From Gammaproteobacteria bacterium (lineage in GTDB: Bacteria > Pseudomonadota > Gammaproteobacteria > Natronospirales > REEB76): 48,107 nucleotides of DNA. The notes beneath the pieces were generated by a model. That model was not told where the DNA came from. It saw nothing but the letters and a program-made list of their open reading frames with translations, and made no database searches. Location of the stretch: positions 1 through 48,107 of the forward strand of contig DASSOA010000092.1 in assembly GCA_035701115.1 (NCBI GenBank), given 5' to 3'. Below, one piece after another: positions 36,456 through 45,532 of this stretch (the stretch's first letter is position 1; each line of letters opens with the position of its first letter). A program made the translations under genes and the position numbers.

Positions 36456-37754
36456 ATGCAACAGAATCGCAGCCTCGGTCTGGCCACCACCACCTCAATT
36501 GTACTCGGCAACATGGTCGGGTCGGGTGTATTCCTGCTCCCCGCCTCGCTCGCCGTTTACGGTGCCTACAGCCTCTGGGGCTGGGGATTCAGCACCGCCG
36601 GCGCGCTGCTGCTGGCGTGGGTGTTCAGCAGCCTGTCGCGGCGTCTGCCAAAGGCCGGCGGGCCTTACGCCTACCCACGCGAGGCGTTCGGTGATTTCGC
36701 GGGCTTTCTGATTGCCTGGATCTACTGGCTCAGCATTCTCGGCACCAATGCGGCGATTGCGGTGGCGTTTGCCAGTTACCTGGCGGATTTCGTTCCGGTA
36801 CTGGCCAACGTGCCGCTTTTCGGCGGACTGGCCGCGATCGCCGCCGTCTGGTTCCTCACCGCCCTCAACATCTGGGGCGTGCGCGCCGCCGGCAACATGC
36901 AGCTCGTCACCGTTATTCTGAAATTGACGCCGCTTCTGGCATTGGCCGTATTCGGAATCTTTCATTTCGATCCGTCGCTGCTCACCACCAGCAATGTGAC
37001 CGAATCGCCACTGTCCGCGGTGAATACCGCTGCCGCCTTCACCATGTGGGCGTTTCTCGGTCTGGAATGCGCGACCGTACCGGCCGGGCATGTGAAAGAT
37101 CCCGAGAAAACCATTCCGCGTGCGACGCTGCTCGGCACCATCATCGCGGCGGCGTTCTACATTGTGTGCACGACCGTCGTCATGGGCATCATTCCGGCGT
37201 CGTCGCTCGCGCATTCCAACGCACCGTTCGCCGATGCCGCCAAACTCCTGTGGGGCGGTTGGGCGGGCTACCTGATTGCAGCCGCCGCCATGATTTCCTG
37301 CTTCGGCGCGCTCAACGGCTGGATCCTGATGCAGGGCCAGTTTCCGCAAGCCGTCGCCAACGACGGTCTGTTTCCCAAGCTGTTTGCGACCGAATCCCGC
37401 CGCGGCACGCCGACGCTCGGACTGGTGTTCTCCAGCATCCTGGCCACGATCCTGATCCTGATGAATTACAGTCACGGCCTGGTGGGCATGTTCAACATCA
37501 TCATTCTGCTTACCACGTTCTTCGTCCTCGTGCCTTACATGCTGTGCGCGATGGCCGAAGTCATGCTGGGAGGCACCGGCAAGTCACGGGTAAAAGCCGT
37601 GGTGCTGGCGTGTCTGGCATTTGCGTTCGCGATCTGGGCAACCGCAGGAACCGGCAAGGATTCGCTGTTCTGGGGCACGTTGCTGATGCTGGCAGGGGTT
37701 CCGATTTACGTGTGGCAGAAGAAGCGGCGCGCGCCTCAGCCTGAGCCCGCATAA
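36456..37754 (+). CDS. APC-superfamily basic amino acid/polyamine antiporter (AdiC/PotE/CadB-like)
   Basis: The N-terminus SIVLGNMVGSGVFLLPASLA...GGPYAYPREAFGDFAGF parallels E. coli AdiC as I recall it, and about 12 TM helices are present. ATG 36456 is chosen. The ORF extension back to 36252 is Arg/Cys-rich and overlaps the divergent propeller gene. Confidence 0.9.
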   Translation: MQQNRSLGLATTTSIVLGNMVGSGVFLLPASLAVYGAYSLWGWGFSTAGALLLAWVFSSLSRRLPKAGGPYAYPREAFGDFAGFLIAWIYWLSILGTNAAIAVAFASYLADFVPVLANVPLFGGLAAIAAVWFLTALNIWGVRAAGNMQLVTVILKLTPLLALAVFGIFHFDPSLLTTSNVTESPLSAVNTAAAFTMWAFLGLECATVPAGHVKDPEKTIPRATLLGTIIAAAFYIVCTTVVMGIIPASSLAHSNAPFADAAKLLWGGWAGYLIAAAAMISCFGALNGWILMQGQFPQAVANDGLFPKLFATESRRGTPTLGLVFSSILATILILMNYSHGLVGMFNIIILLTTFFVLVPYMLCAMAEVMLGGTGKSRVKAVVLACLAFAFAIWATAGTGKDSLFWGTLLMLAGVPIYVWQKKRRAPQPEPA

Positions 37755-37794
37755 AGCGCAAGCCGCAGCAATCACGGCAGCGTCGGTTAACGTC

Positions 37795-38484
37795 ATGTCG
37801 GCCCCGCGGCGCTGCCAGGCATCCGACCCGCACACAGCACCGGATTCAGCTCAGTTGCTGAGCATCGCCGGGCAGTTCCCCGGCCGCTGGCTACAGGGGT
37901 ACGTGCGCGGCAAGCTCGGTAGCGATCCCGTCTATCAGGCCGCCGCTGAGATAATCCGCGCTCATCCTGCGCCGGTACTGGATATCGGCTGCGGGATCGG
38001 ACTGCTGGCGCACTATCTGGACAGTCTGAACTGCAAGGTGGACTACCTCGGCATTGACCTCGATGCCGGCAAGATACGGATTGCGCAACAGGCAGCAAGC
38101 CGTCACGCGCACCTGCGTTTTCTGCATGCTTCCTGCGACGCATTGCCGGCGTGGCAGGGCCACGTCGTGATACTGGATGTGCTGCACTATCTCACCGCCG
38201 ACCTGCAACAAAATCTGCTGACCGCGGCTGCGGAACGCGTCGCGCCAGGAGCAAGCCTGATCATTCGCAGCGTGATCCGCGCCGCATCGTGGCGCTTCGC
38301 AGTCACCCGGCTCGAAGAGGCTTTCATGCGCTGCGTGCGCTGGATGCGCTACCGTGTACAGCATTATCCGGACGTCGCCGAACTCGAAACGCCCTTGCGT
38401 AATGCCGGACTCCTTATGGAACTGCGCCCGTTATGGGCGCGCACGCCGTTCAACAGTTATCTGATCGTTGCCCGGCGACCCTGA
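37795..38484 (+). CDS. Class I SAM-dependent methyltransferase
   Basis: Motif I is VLDIGCGIGLLAHYL and the post-I/II region reads YLGIDLD...ILDVLHYL. 229 aa. Confidence 0.8.
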   Translation: MSAPRRCQASDPHTAPDSAQLLSIAGQFPGRWLQGYVRGKLGSDPVYQAAAEIIRAHPAPVLDIGCGIGLLAHYLDSLNCKVDYLGIDLDAGKIRIAQQAASRHAHLRFLHASCDALPAWQGHVVILDVLHYLTADLQQNLLTAAAERVAPGASLIIRSVIRAASWRFAVTRLEEAFMRCVRWMRYRVQHYPDVAELETPLRNAGLLMELRPLWARTPFNSYLIVARRP

Positions 38485-38497
38485 TTGTGAGGCCACC

Positions 38498-38995
38498 ATG
38501 ACCACCGATGAGTCTGTTCCGCTGGAAGGCCGCTGCACCTGCGGCGAAATCCGTTATCGCCTGCTGCAAACGCCGTTGTTTGTACATTGCTGCCATTGCC
38601 GCTGGTGCCAGCGCGAGACCGGTGCGTCGTTCGCATTGAACGCCATGATCGAAGCGGAATCGGTGGAAGTGCTGCACGGCAAACCGGAGGTGGTGAACAC
38701 GCCGTCCAACAGCGGCAAGGGGCAGAAAATCAGCCGCTGCCCGATTTGCCGTGTCGCCGTCTGGAGCAATTACGCCGGTGCCGGCGAACTCATTCACTTC
38801 GTACGGGTGGGAACCCTGAACGATCCCGACCGGCTGCCACCTGACATTCACATTTTTACGTCAAGCAAACAGCCCTGGGTCGTATTGCCGCCGGGCATAC
38901 CTGCGGTTGCCGAGTATTACCATCGCAAGGAATACTGGCCCGCAGCAAGTCTCGAACGTTTTGCGGAACTGCTTGCCAGACACGGCAGGCATTGA
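38498..38995 (+). CDS. GFA-family (glutathione-dependent formaldehyde-activating / CENP-V-like) Zn protein
   Basis: CTCGEIRY...HCCHCRWCQRETGASF...CPICRVAVW is the GFA Cys pattern. The ATG at 38498 avoids overlap with the methyltransferase gene. Confidence 0.85.
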   Translation: MTTDESVPLEGRCTCGEIRYRLLQTPLFVHCCHCRWCQRETGASFALNAMIEAESVEVLHGKPEVVNTPSNSGKGQKISRCPICRVAVWSNYAGAGELIHFVRVGTLNDPDRLPPDIHIFTSSKQPWVVLPPGIPAVAEYYHRKEYWPAASLERFAELLARHGRH

Positions 38996-39024
38996 TGCAA
39001 TTTCAGAACGGAAAATACGCCCGC

Positions 39025-40038
39025 TCAGCGTGATGCAAAGAAATCCCGGAATGCCTTGACGACACGCTGGGCGTCCTCGCGGCTGACGTCGAGATGCAGA
39101 ACCAGCCGCATCGCTGCATTCGGCAGCACCCGTATTCCTGACTCCGCAAGAAACGCAGCGAGTGCCGCCACCCGGTCCGGCGGAACCTGCAGAAATATCA
39201 TATTGGTCTGCACCGTTGCCGGGTCGAGGTGAATGTCCCTGATCTGTGCCAGCCCTTCCGCAAGCAGCTTTGCATTGGCGTGATCTTCAGCGAGCCGCTC
39301 AACATGATGATCAAGTGCATACAGGCCCGCGGCGGCAAGGATGCCGGCCTGACGCATACCGCCGCCCAGCATTTTGCGAATGCGGTGCGCTTTTGCGATC
39401 AGTGACGTGCTGCCAACAAGCACCGATCCCACCGGCGCACCCAGACCTTTCGACAGGCAAATGGAAACGCTGTCGAAATGCTGTGCGATGTCGCGCACCG
39501 GCAGGCCGAGTTTGACGGCGGCATTGAACACCCGTGCACCGTCGAGATGCATATTCAATCCATGCTGACGCGCAAAATCATGAGCCTGTTTCAGGTAATC
39601 GAGCGGCAACACGCGGCCGTTCTGGGTATTTTCCAGCACCAGCAAGCGTGTGTGCGCGAAATGTGCATCATCCGGCTTGATCGCGGCGGCAACTTTCTTC
39701 AGGTCCAGGGTGCCGTCGCCTTCGTAGTCAATCGGGCACGGCCAAAGACTGCCCAGCACTGAGGCGCCGCCTGCTTCGTACTTGAAGCTGTGCCCAAGTG
39801 CACCGATCACGAATTCCTCGCCGCGTTCGCAGTGCGCCATCAGCGCGGCGAGGTTGGATTGTGTGCCGCTGGGAAAAAAGAGACCGGCCTCGTGGCCGGT
39901 CATCTCAGCCAAGCGCTGCTGCAGACGGTTGACGGTTGGATCGTCACCGAACACATCGTCGCCGACGTCGGCGGCCGCCATTGCCGCGCGCATCGGCTGC
40001 GTCGGACGCGTGACCGTGTCGCTGCGCAGATCAATCAT
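39025..40038 (-). CDS. ltaE: Low-specificity L-threonine aldolase (PLP-dependent)
   Basis: [13 protein letters not shown]...[14 protein letters not shown]...[14 protein letters not shown], with the PLP lysine in SKGLG. 337 aa. Confidence 0.9.
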   Translation of the reverse strand: MIDLRSDTVTRPTQPMRAAMAAADVGDDVFGDDPTVNRLQQRLAEMTGHEAGLFFPSGTQSNLAALMAHCERGEEFVIGALGHSFKYEAGGASVLGSLWPCPIDYEGDGTLDLKKVAAAIKPDDAHFAHTRLLVLENTQNGRVLPLDYLKQAHDFARQHGLNMHLDGARVFNAAVKLGLPVRDIAQHFDSVSICLSKGLGAPVGSVLVGSTSLIAKAHRIRKMLGGGMRQAGILAAAGLYALDHHVERLAEDHANAKLLAEGLAQIRDIHLDPATVQTNMIFLQVPPDRVAALAAFLAESGIRVLPNAAMRLVLHLDVSREDAQRVVKAFRDFFASR

Positions 40039-40044
40039 GTGGAA

Positions 40045-40623
40045 TCAGCCTTTGCCGCCCTTGTTTTTGTCTTTGGCGGCGGGCTTTTGCTGACTGGCCT
40101 GCTGTTCGGCCCAGTCCTTGTTCATCGCCTCGGTGACCTGCGTGGTGACATCGTATTTGTCGCTTGCATACACCGCACCGGCCGCGCTCTGGCTGATGAG
40201 AATGTCGTAGTGGTGATCCTTGGCGAAATCATTCAGCACCTGCTGCAGTTCCTGTTCGATCGGCTGCAGCAGTTCCTGACGCCGTTCTTCGAGATCCTGC
40301 TGATTGGCGCTCACGTACTGCTGGTAATCCGCAACACCGTCCTGGTAGCTCTTCTGCAATTTGGCGTAGTCGGCCGATTTGGCGTCGGTCTTGTCCAGCT
40401 GCTGCTTGAGCACGACGAGTTTCTGCCGGCGATCCATGATGTCGCCTCTCAGCTTGCTCTGCAGCGCTTTGAGTTGCGTCTGCGCATCCTGACCGCGGTG
40501 CGAATTGGTGATTACCTGCTGCAGATTGACCACGCCGATCCGCGGCGCTTCCGCAGCCTGCGCGGCGGTAACGAACGACAGGGCGGCCGCCAGCGTGCCG
40601 GCGACGAGAAATCCATAACGCAT
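40045..40623 (-). CDS. OmpH/Skp-family periplasmic chaperone-like protein
   Basis: ATG 40623 (AGGAG Shine-Dalgarno 8 nt upstream) gives the signal peptide [33 protein letters not shown] is followed by a long Gln/Lys/Asp-rich coiled coil, as in Skp. The gene ends 6 nt before the ltaE start. Confidence 0.75.
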   Translation of the reverse strand: MRYGFLVAGTLAAALSFVTAAQAAEAPRIGVVNLQQVITNSHRGQDAQTQLKALQSKLRGDIMDRRQKLVVLKQQLDKTDAKSADYAKLQKSYQDGVADYQQYVSANQQDLEERRQELLQPIEQELQQVLNDFAKDHHYDILISQSAAGAVYASDKYDVTTQVTEAMNKDWAEQQASQQKPAAKDKNKGGKG

Positions 40624-40729
40624 GAGAAACACTCCTGGAATTTAGATAATGAAATACGGTCGCAAATTCGGCCCTAGAACACGTAGCATAACGCACGGCT
40701 CACGCAGAGGACTACGCACCCCGCAGAAA

Positions 40730-41140
40730 TCAGCCCGTTTTCGCCGGTATGAGATTGAGAAATACGTTGCAGGTGAAACACAGCAGACCAACGACTGCAA
40801 TGGTGGCGCCGACCGCAACTACCGGCTCCGCCCCCGCGTGACCAGCCTGCAGGAAAAACAACCCGATCACGAACACCGGCAAGCCGATGTTGTGCAGCCA
40901 GAAATGGGTCAACCCCAGCCAGTGCCCGCCTGCCCGTGGAAACAGGTAGTAAAGTACGCCGGCCAGTCCCAGTGTGGCCCAGCCCAGCAGGTTGATGTGC
41001 GCGTGCACCGGCACGAATTCAAAGTGATGCGTAATCCCCATCGCCAGTCCGAAAACCACGCCGATCAGCAGATACGCCACTGCCAGCTTGAGCCAGATGA
41101 GCGCCATGCGGGCGCCGCGCTGTTCGAGATCAGAATTCAT
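40730..41140 (-). CDS. Small His-rich 4-TM membrane protein resembling a fragment of heme-copper oxidase subunit I
   Basis: 136 aa with four predicted TM helices and 8 His residues. The motif VHAHINLLGW resembles the H-x-H heme-ligand helix of CcoN/CoxI. A GGGGAG Shine-Dalgarno lies 5 nt upstream of the ATG. Confidence 0.65.
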   Translation of the reverse strand: MNSDLEQRGARMALIWLKLAVAYLLIGVVFGLAMGITHHFEFVPVHAHINLLGWATLGLAGVLYYLFPRAGGHWLGLTHFWLHNIGLPVFVIGLFFLQAGHAGAEPVVAVGATIAVVGLLCFTCNVFLNLIPAKTG

Positions 41141-41280
41141 ACTAACTCCCCGGATTTCATGGACAATTTACTGCCTGCCGCAGGCAGCCCCAAGGGGCCA
41201 TGTTAACCCGGTTGAACCAGCCCGCCCAACCGGTGTCATACTCCGCATCCCTGTCGGTTACCCAGAAAAAAGGAACAACC

Positions 41281-44200
41281 ATGGTCCGGAACCGCTTGCC
41301 CCGACGCTTTGCCCTGTATTGTCTTTCCCTCATCCTGAGCCTCGGCGCAGCAGGCGCGGCGCAAGCCGCCAGCACGCTGGCCCGCTACCCAACGCTGCAC
41401 GGGGACACCGTCGTGTTCGAGGCCCACGGCAACCTGTGGGAAGTCAGCCGCGCCGGCGGCACGGCGCGACGCCTGACCACGGATCCCGGCTTCGACATCA
41501 TGCCGCGCTTCTCGCCGGACGGTAAATGGATCGCCTTTACGGGCAAGTACCAGGGCAATACCGACGTCTACGTGATCCCGGCCCAGGGCGGCACCGCCAC
41601 ACGCCTGACCTTCCACTCGGATGTGGTGAACGGAGACGCGCCGTTGCGCTGGGGTCCGGACAATATGGTTGTCGGCTGGACTCCCGACAGCAGAAACGTG
41701 GTGTTCCTGTCGCGCCGCACCACCTTCAACTCCTGGTTCGGCCAGCTGTTCGAAGTGCCGGTCACCGGCGGTCTGCCGACCCAGCTGCCGATTCCGAAAG
41801 GCGGCATGCTGAGCTACAGCCCGGACGGCAACACCATCGCCTACAACCGCATCTTCCGCAATTTCCGCACCTGGAAGCGGTACGACGGCGGCCTCGCCCA
41901 GGATGTCTGGACCTACGATTTCAAAACCCATGCAACCACGCGCGTCACTGACTGGAAGGGCACGGATTCGGATCCGATGTGGTACGGCCACACGATCTAT
42001 TTCGCCTCCGACCGCGATCAGAACCGGCGCATGAACCTCTGGGCCTATGACACGGGCACCAAGCAGTTCCGCCAGGTCACCCATTTCACCGATTACGACA
42101 TTGACTGGCCCAGCCTGGGCGACAACGGCATCGTGTTCCAGGATGGCGGCTCGCTGTACGTGCTCGATCTGCCGGGCGAGCAACTGCACAAGCTCGACGT
42201 GACGGTGCCCGATGACGGCACCCAGACCAGCCCTCGATTCGTGGATGACAGCAAGTACATCCAGGCGCAGGACACCGCCGGCAACACCAATTTCGACATT
42301 TCTCCCAACGGCAAGCGCGCGCTGTTGCAGGCCCGCGGCGACGTGTTCACGCTGCCGGCGGAACATGGCAACACCCGCGACCTGACCCAGACCTCGAACG
42401 CGGAAGAGGAATACCCGACCTGGTCGCCTGACGGGAAATGGATTGCCTACACAACGGATATCAACGGCGAAGTGCAGATCGCGGTGCGCCCTTCGGAAGG
42501 CGGCAAGGAAGCAATCCTGACCGACTTCAAGACCGGTTATTTTTACCGGCCCGTCTGGTCGCCGGACAGCAGCAAGCTCGCGTTCTCAGACAATCTTCAC
42601 CAGCTGTGGTGGCTGAACCTGAAGACACACAAAGTCACCAAGGTCGCGCAGGACAAATACAACGAAATTCACGACTACGCGTGGTCACCGGACAGCCACT
42701 GGCTCGCCTACAGCCTGAGCACCGACAACCAGATGCGCGGCATCTGGCTCTACAACCTTGCCGACGACAAAGCCACATCGGTCAGCTCGCCAATGGATGC
42801 GGATTTCAATCCGGTTTTCGATCCGGATGGCAAATACCTGTTTTTCCTCTCGGCGCGGCATGAAAACCCGACCTTCAGCCAGAGCGAATTCAATATCGCG
42901 ACGCTCAAGATGACCGGAGTTTACGCGGCCACGCTGACGCGCGATGAGCCCTCGCCGTTTGCGCCGCAGTCCGACGAAGGCACGCCGGCGAAAGAGAGCA
43001 AATCGCCGAACGAGAAAAACGGGAAATCCGAAACCGGCAAACCGGTCCGGATTGATCTCGACGGTTTGATGGAACGTGCCGTTGCCGTGCCGGTACCGGC
43101 CGATAACTACGCGTACCTTACTGCGACACCGGGCCATCTCTATTACATGACGGTGCCCAACTTCACCATCGAAGGTCCGTTATCCGGTGAGTCGAGCGCC
43201 TTGCATGTATTCGACATGAAGACCCGCAAGGACAAGACGCTCAACACCGGGCTCAACGGTTACATGCTGTCAGCGGACGGCAAAACCGCCCTGCTCAACA
43301 CCAAAGGCGATAAATTCGCGTTCCTGGACATGACCAGCGCAGAGCCGAAGCCGAAGGACCTCGACACTTCGCACATGCGCGTACAGATCAATCCGGTCCA
43401 GGAATGGAACGAGATGTACAACATGGCGTGGCGGCTGGAGCGTGACTTCTTTGTGAATGCGAAGATGAACGGCGTCGACTGGAACGCCGTGCGCGCCAAA
43501 TACAGCAAACTGCTGCCGTTGATGGGCTCGCGCGAGGATCTCAACTACCTCATCGGCGAAACCATCGGCGAGCTGAGCAATTCGCATACCTATGTCGGCG
43601 GCGGTGACATGAACTATGACGTCACCCGCGTGCCGACCGGCCTGCTCGGTGTGGACTTCGGCCTGGATTCCCGTTCCGGGCGCTATTACTTCAAGAAGAT
43701 TTACGCCGGCGACAACACCCGGCCGGATTTCGTGTCGCCGCTGACCGAACCGGGGGTTGACGTGCAGCAGGGCGATTATCTGCTCGCCGTGAACGGCCAC
43801 CCGCTGAAGGCACCGGTCAATCCGTACAGCCTGTTCGTCAACACACTCGGCGAAACCGTCACGCTGACGGTCGCGAAGAATGCGGACGGCAATGGCAGCC
43901 ACGACGTCACGGTCAAGCCCATCCATGACGAGCTGAACCTGCGGCTGCACGACTGGATTGCGCACAACCGCGAACTCGTCAACAAGATCTCCGACGGGAA
44001 GATCGGTTACATCTACCTGTCGGATATGGAAGCGGTGGGCATGGACCAGTTCATCCGCCAGTTCTACCCGCAGATTACCAAGCAGGGTCTGATCATTGAC
44101 GACCGCTGGAACGGTGGCGGCTTCATTGACCAGATCGTACTGGAGCGTCTGCGCCGTATCCTGATCGGCATGAACAGCAACCGCGAGCGGATCGCATCAC

Positions 44201-44616
44201 CGATTCCGCAGCAGGTCAGCAACAGTTACAAGGTCACGCTGATCAATCATTATTCTGCTTCCGACGGCGACATCTTTCCGTACTTCTTCCGCAAGTACGG
44301 TCTGGGGCCGTTGATCGGCGAACGCACCTGGGGCGGCGTGCGCGGCATCCGCGGCTCATGGCCGCTGCTCGACAACGGTTACATCACGATTCCGGAAGAC
44401 ACCATGTACGGGCTGGATTCGCAGTGGGTAATCGAAAATCACGGCGTCGAACCCGACATTGAGGTCGACGATCTGCCGGGCGATGTGATGGCCGGCCGCG
44501 ATGCGCAACTCGACAAGGCCGTCGAATACCTGATGCAGAAAATCAAGGCACATCCGCTCAATCTGCCCGAACCGCCGCCGTTGTTGCCGGCTTATCCGCC
44601 GCCGGGCCACGAATAA
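41281..44616 (+). CDS. Secreted tricorn-like protease (beta-propellers, PDZ and S41 peptidase domain)
   Basis: ATG 41281 (AAGGA Shine-Dalgarno) gives the signal peptide LSLILSLGAAGAAQA. Six TolB-like repeats are present (FSPDGKWIAF, YSPDGNTIAY, WSPDGKWIAY, WSPDSSKLAF, WSPDSHWLAY, FDPDGKYLFF). A PDZ-like segment follows, then the S41 catalytic region LINHYSASDGDIF...GERTWGGVRG. Confidence 0.9.
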   Translation: MVRNRLPRRFALYCLSLILSLGAAGAAQAASTLARYPTLHGDTVVFEAHGNLWEVSRAGGTARRLTTDPGFDIMPRFSPDGKWIAFTGKYQGNTDVYVIPAQGGTATRLTFHSDVVNGDAPLRWGPDNMVVGWTPDSRNVVFLSRRTTFNSWFGQLFEVPVTGGLPTQLPIPKGGMLSYSPDGNTIAYNRIFRNFRTWKRYDGGLAQDVWTYDFKTHATTRVTDWKGTDSDPMWYGHTIYFASDRDQNRRMNLWAYDTGTKQFRQVTHFTDYDIDWPSLGDNGIVFQDGGSLYVLDLPGEQLHKLDVTVPDDGTQTSPRFVDDSKYIQAQDTAGNTNFDISPNGKRALLQARGDVFTLPAEHGNTRDLTQTSNAEEEYPTWSPDGKWIAYTTDINGEVQIAVRPSEGGKEAILTDFKTGYFYRPVWSPDSSKLAFSDNLHQLWWLNLKTHKVTKVAQDKYNEIHDYAWSPDSHWLAYSLSTDNQMRGIWLYNLADDKATSVSSPMDADFNPVFDPDGKYLFFLSARHENPTFSQSEFNIATLKMTGVYAATLTRDEPSPFAPQSDEGTPAKESKSPNEKNGKSETGKPVRIDLDGLMERAVAVPVPADNYAYLTATPGHLYYMTVPNFTIEGPLSGESSALHVFDMKTRKDKTLNTGLNGYMLSADGKTALLNTKGDKFAFLDMTSAEPKPKDLDTSHMRVQINPVQEWNEMYNMAWRLERDFFVNAKMNGVDWNAVRAKYSKLLPLMGSREDLNYLIGETIGELSNSHTYVGGGDMNYDVTRVPTGLLGVDFGLDSRSGRYYFKKIYAGDNTRPDFVSPLTEPGVDVQQGDYLLAVNGHPLKAPVNPYSLFVNTLGETVTLTVAKNADGNGSHDVTVKPIHDELNLRLHDWIAHNRELVNKISDGKIGYIYLSDMEAVGMDQFIRQFYPQITKQGLIIDDRWNGGGFIDQIVLERLRRILIGMNSNRERIASPIPQQVSNSYKVTLINHYSASDGDIFPYFFRKYGLGPLIGERTWGGVRGIRGSWPLLDNGYITIPEDTMYGLDSQWVIENHGVEPDIEVDDLPGDVMAGRDAQLDKAVEYLMQKIKAHPLNLPEPPPLLPAYPPPGHE

Positions 44617-44645
44617 ACGCTGAAACAGATCGGTTTGACATTTCA

Positions 44646-44670
44646 CGGCGGCCTTCGGGCCGCCGTTTTT
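44646..44670 (+). terminator. Rho-independent terminator after the tricorn-like protease gene
   Basis: Stem CGGCGGCC (44646-44653), loop TTCG, stem GGCCGCCG (44658-44665), then TTTTT (44666-70). It lies 30 nt after the stop. Confidence 0.8.
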
Positions 44671-45346
44671 ATTGCGGCAGCGATTGCGGACGATTGAGGT
44701 GCCGGTAAATGAAATACGCTATGCCCACCACGCCGGTGAGCAATGCCGGCACGATGAGCGCTTCAACCTGCCAGCGATCAAAGCACTTCGTGCCCAGCAT
44801 TCCACCCGCCACAAAGCCGCACAGCAACACACCGAGCAACAGGAAATAGCGCGCCGGCACCGCGACGCCGCGCAACAGGTGGCCGACTGCAATCCCGATA
44901 TCGGTAGTGACGCCGGTCATGTGAGTGGTGCGCACGATGGCGCCGCTGTAGGTGCTGACCATGGCGTTCTGCAGACCGCAAGCGACTGCCGCAAAGTACA
45001 TGCCCGCCGCATCCCCGCGATGCAGAAAAAATGCAGCCGCGAACAGCAACGCCGATTCCACGGCCAACGCAGCACCGTAACGCCGCCCAAGGCGCGCGGT
45101 ACTCTGCTGCACGACAAAACCGCTGATCACGGCGCCGGCAAAGAACATCAGCACCAGCAACCCCGTCACCCGCATTTCGTCTGTGTTCGCGTTGACCACG
45201 CTGGATGCGAACAGGGATGCATTGCCGGTCACATGCGAAAGCGGGTGCGACAGCCCCAGCAATCCCACTGCGTTTACAAAGCCGGCCACACCGGCCAGCA
45301 CAAACCCACCTACCAGAATCCAGCCGGGAACCTGACCGGTTTTCAT
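44669..45346 (-). CDS. YoaK/DUF1275-family inner-membrane protein
   Basis: 225 aa with about 6 TM helices. The motifs GFVNAVGLLGL...SHVTGN and RTTHMTGVTTDIG are as in the DUF1275 family. Confidence 0.75.
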   Translation of the reverse strand: MKTGQVPGWILVGGFVLAGVAGFVNAVGLLGLSHPLSHVTGNASLFASSVVNANTDEMRVTGLLVLMFFAGAVISGFVVQQSTARLGRRYGAALAVESALLFAAAFFLHRGDAAGMYFAAVACGLQNAMVSTYSGAIVRTTHMTGVTTDIGIAVGHLLRGVAVPARYFLLLGVLLCGFVAGGMLGTKCFDRWQVEALIVPALLTGVVGIAYFIYRHLNRPQSLPQ

Positions 45347-45395
45347 GTTCGCTCCGCGATAACCTGACTTCCGTTCGCCGTTCGAGGGCGCGCGA

Positions 45396-45401
45396 ATTAT
45401 A
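45396..45401 (-). promoter_or_regulatory. Candidate -10 box for the YoaK-like gene
   Basis: A perfect TATAAT on the minus strand (plus-strand ATTATA 45396-45401) lies 50 nt upstream of the ATG at 45346. The -35 element is weak. Confidence 0.25.
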
Positions 45402-45532
45402 CGGCTCTCAAACCCTGGGCAGAAACTTCAGCAACCGGGCGTTCCCTACTTCCTTCGCAGCGCCGGCCGCAGCGCTTATACATCTGCAAATCAGGACGTT
45501 CGTCAATCGCAGTCTTACCAGGCAAGTGATAA

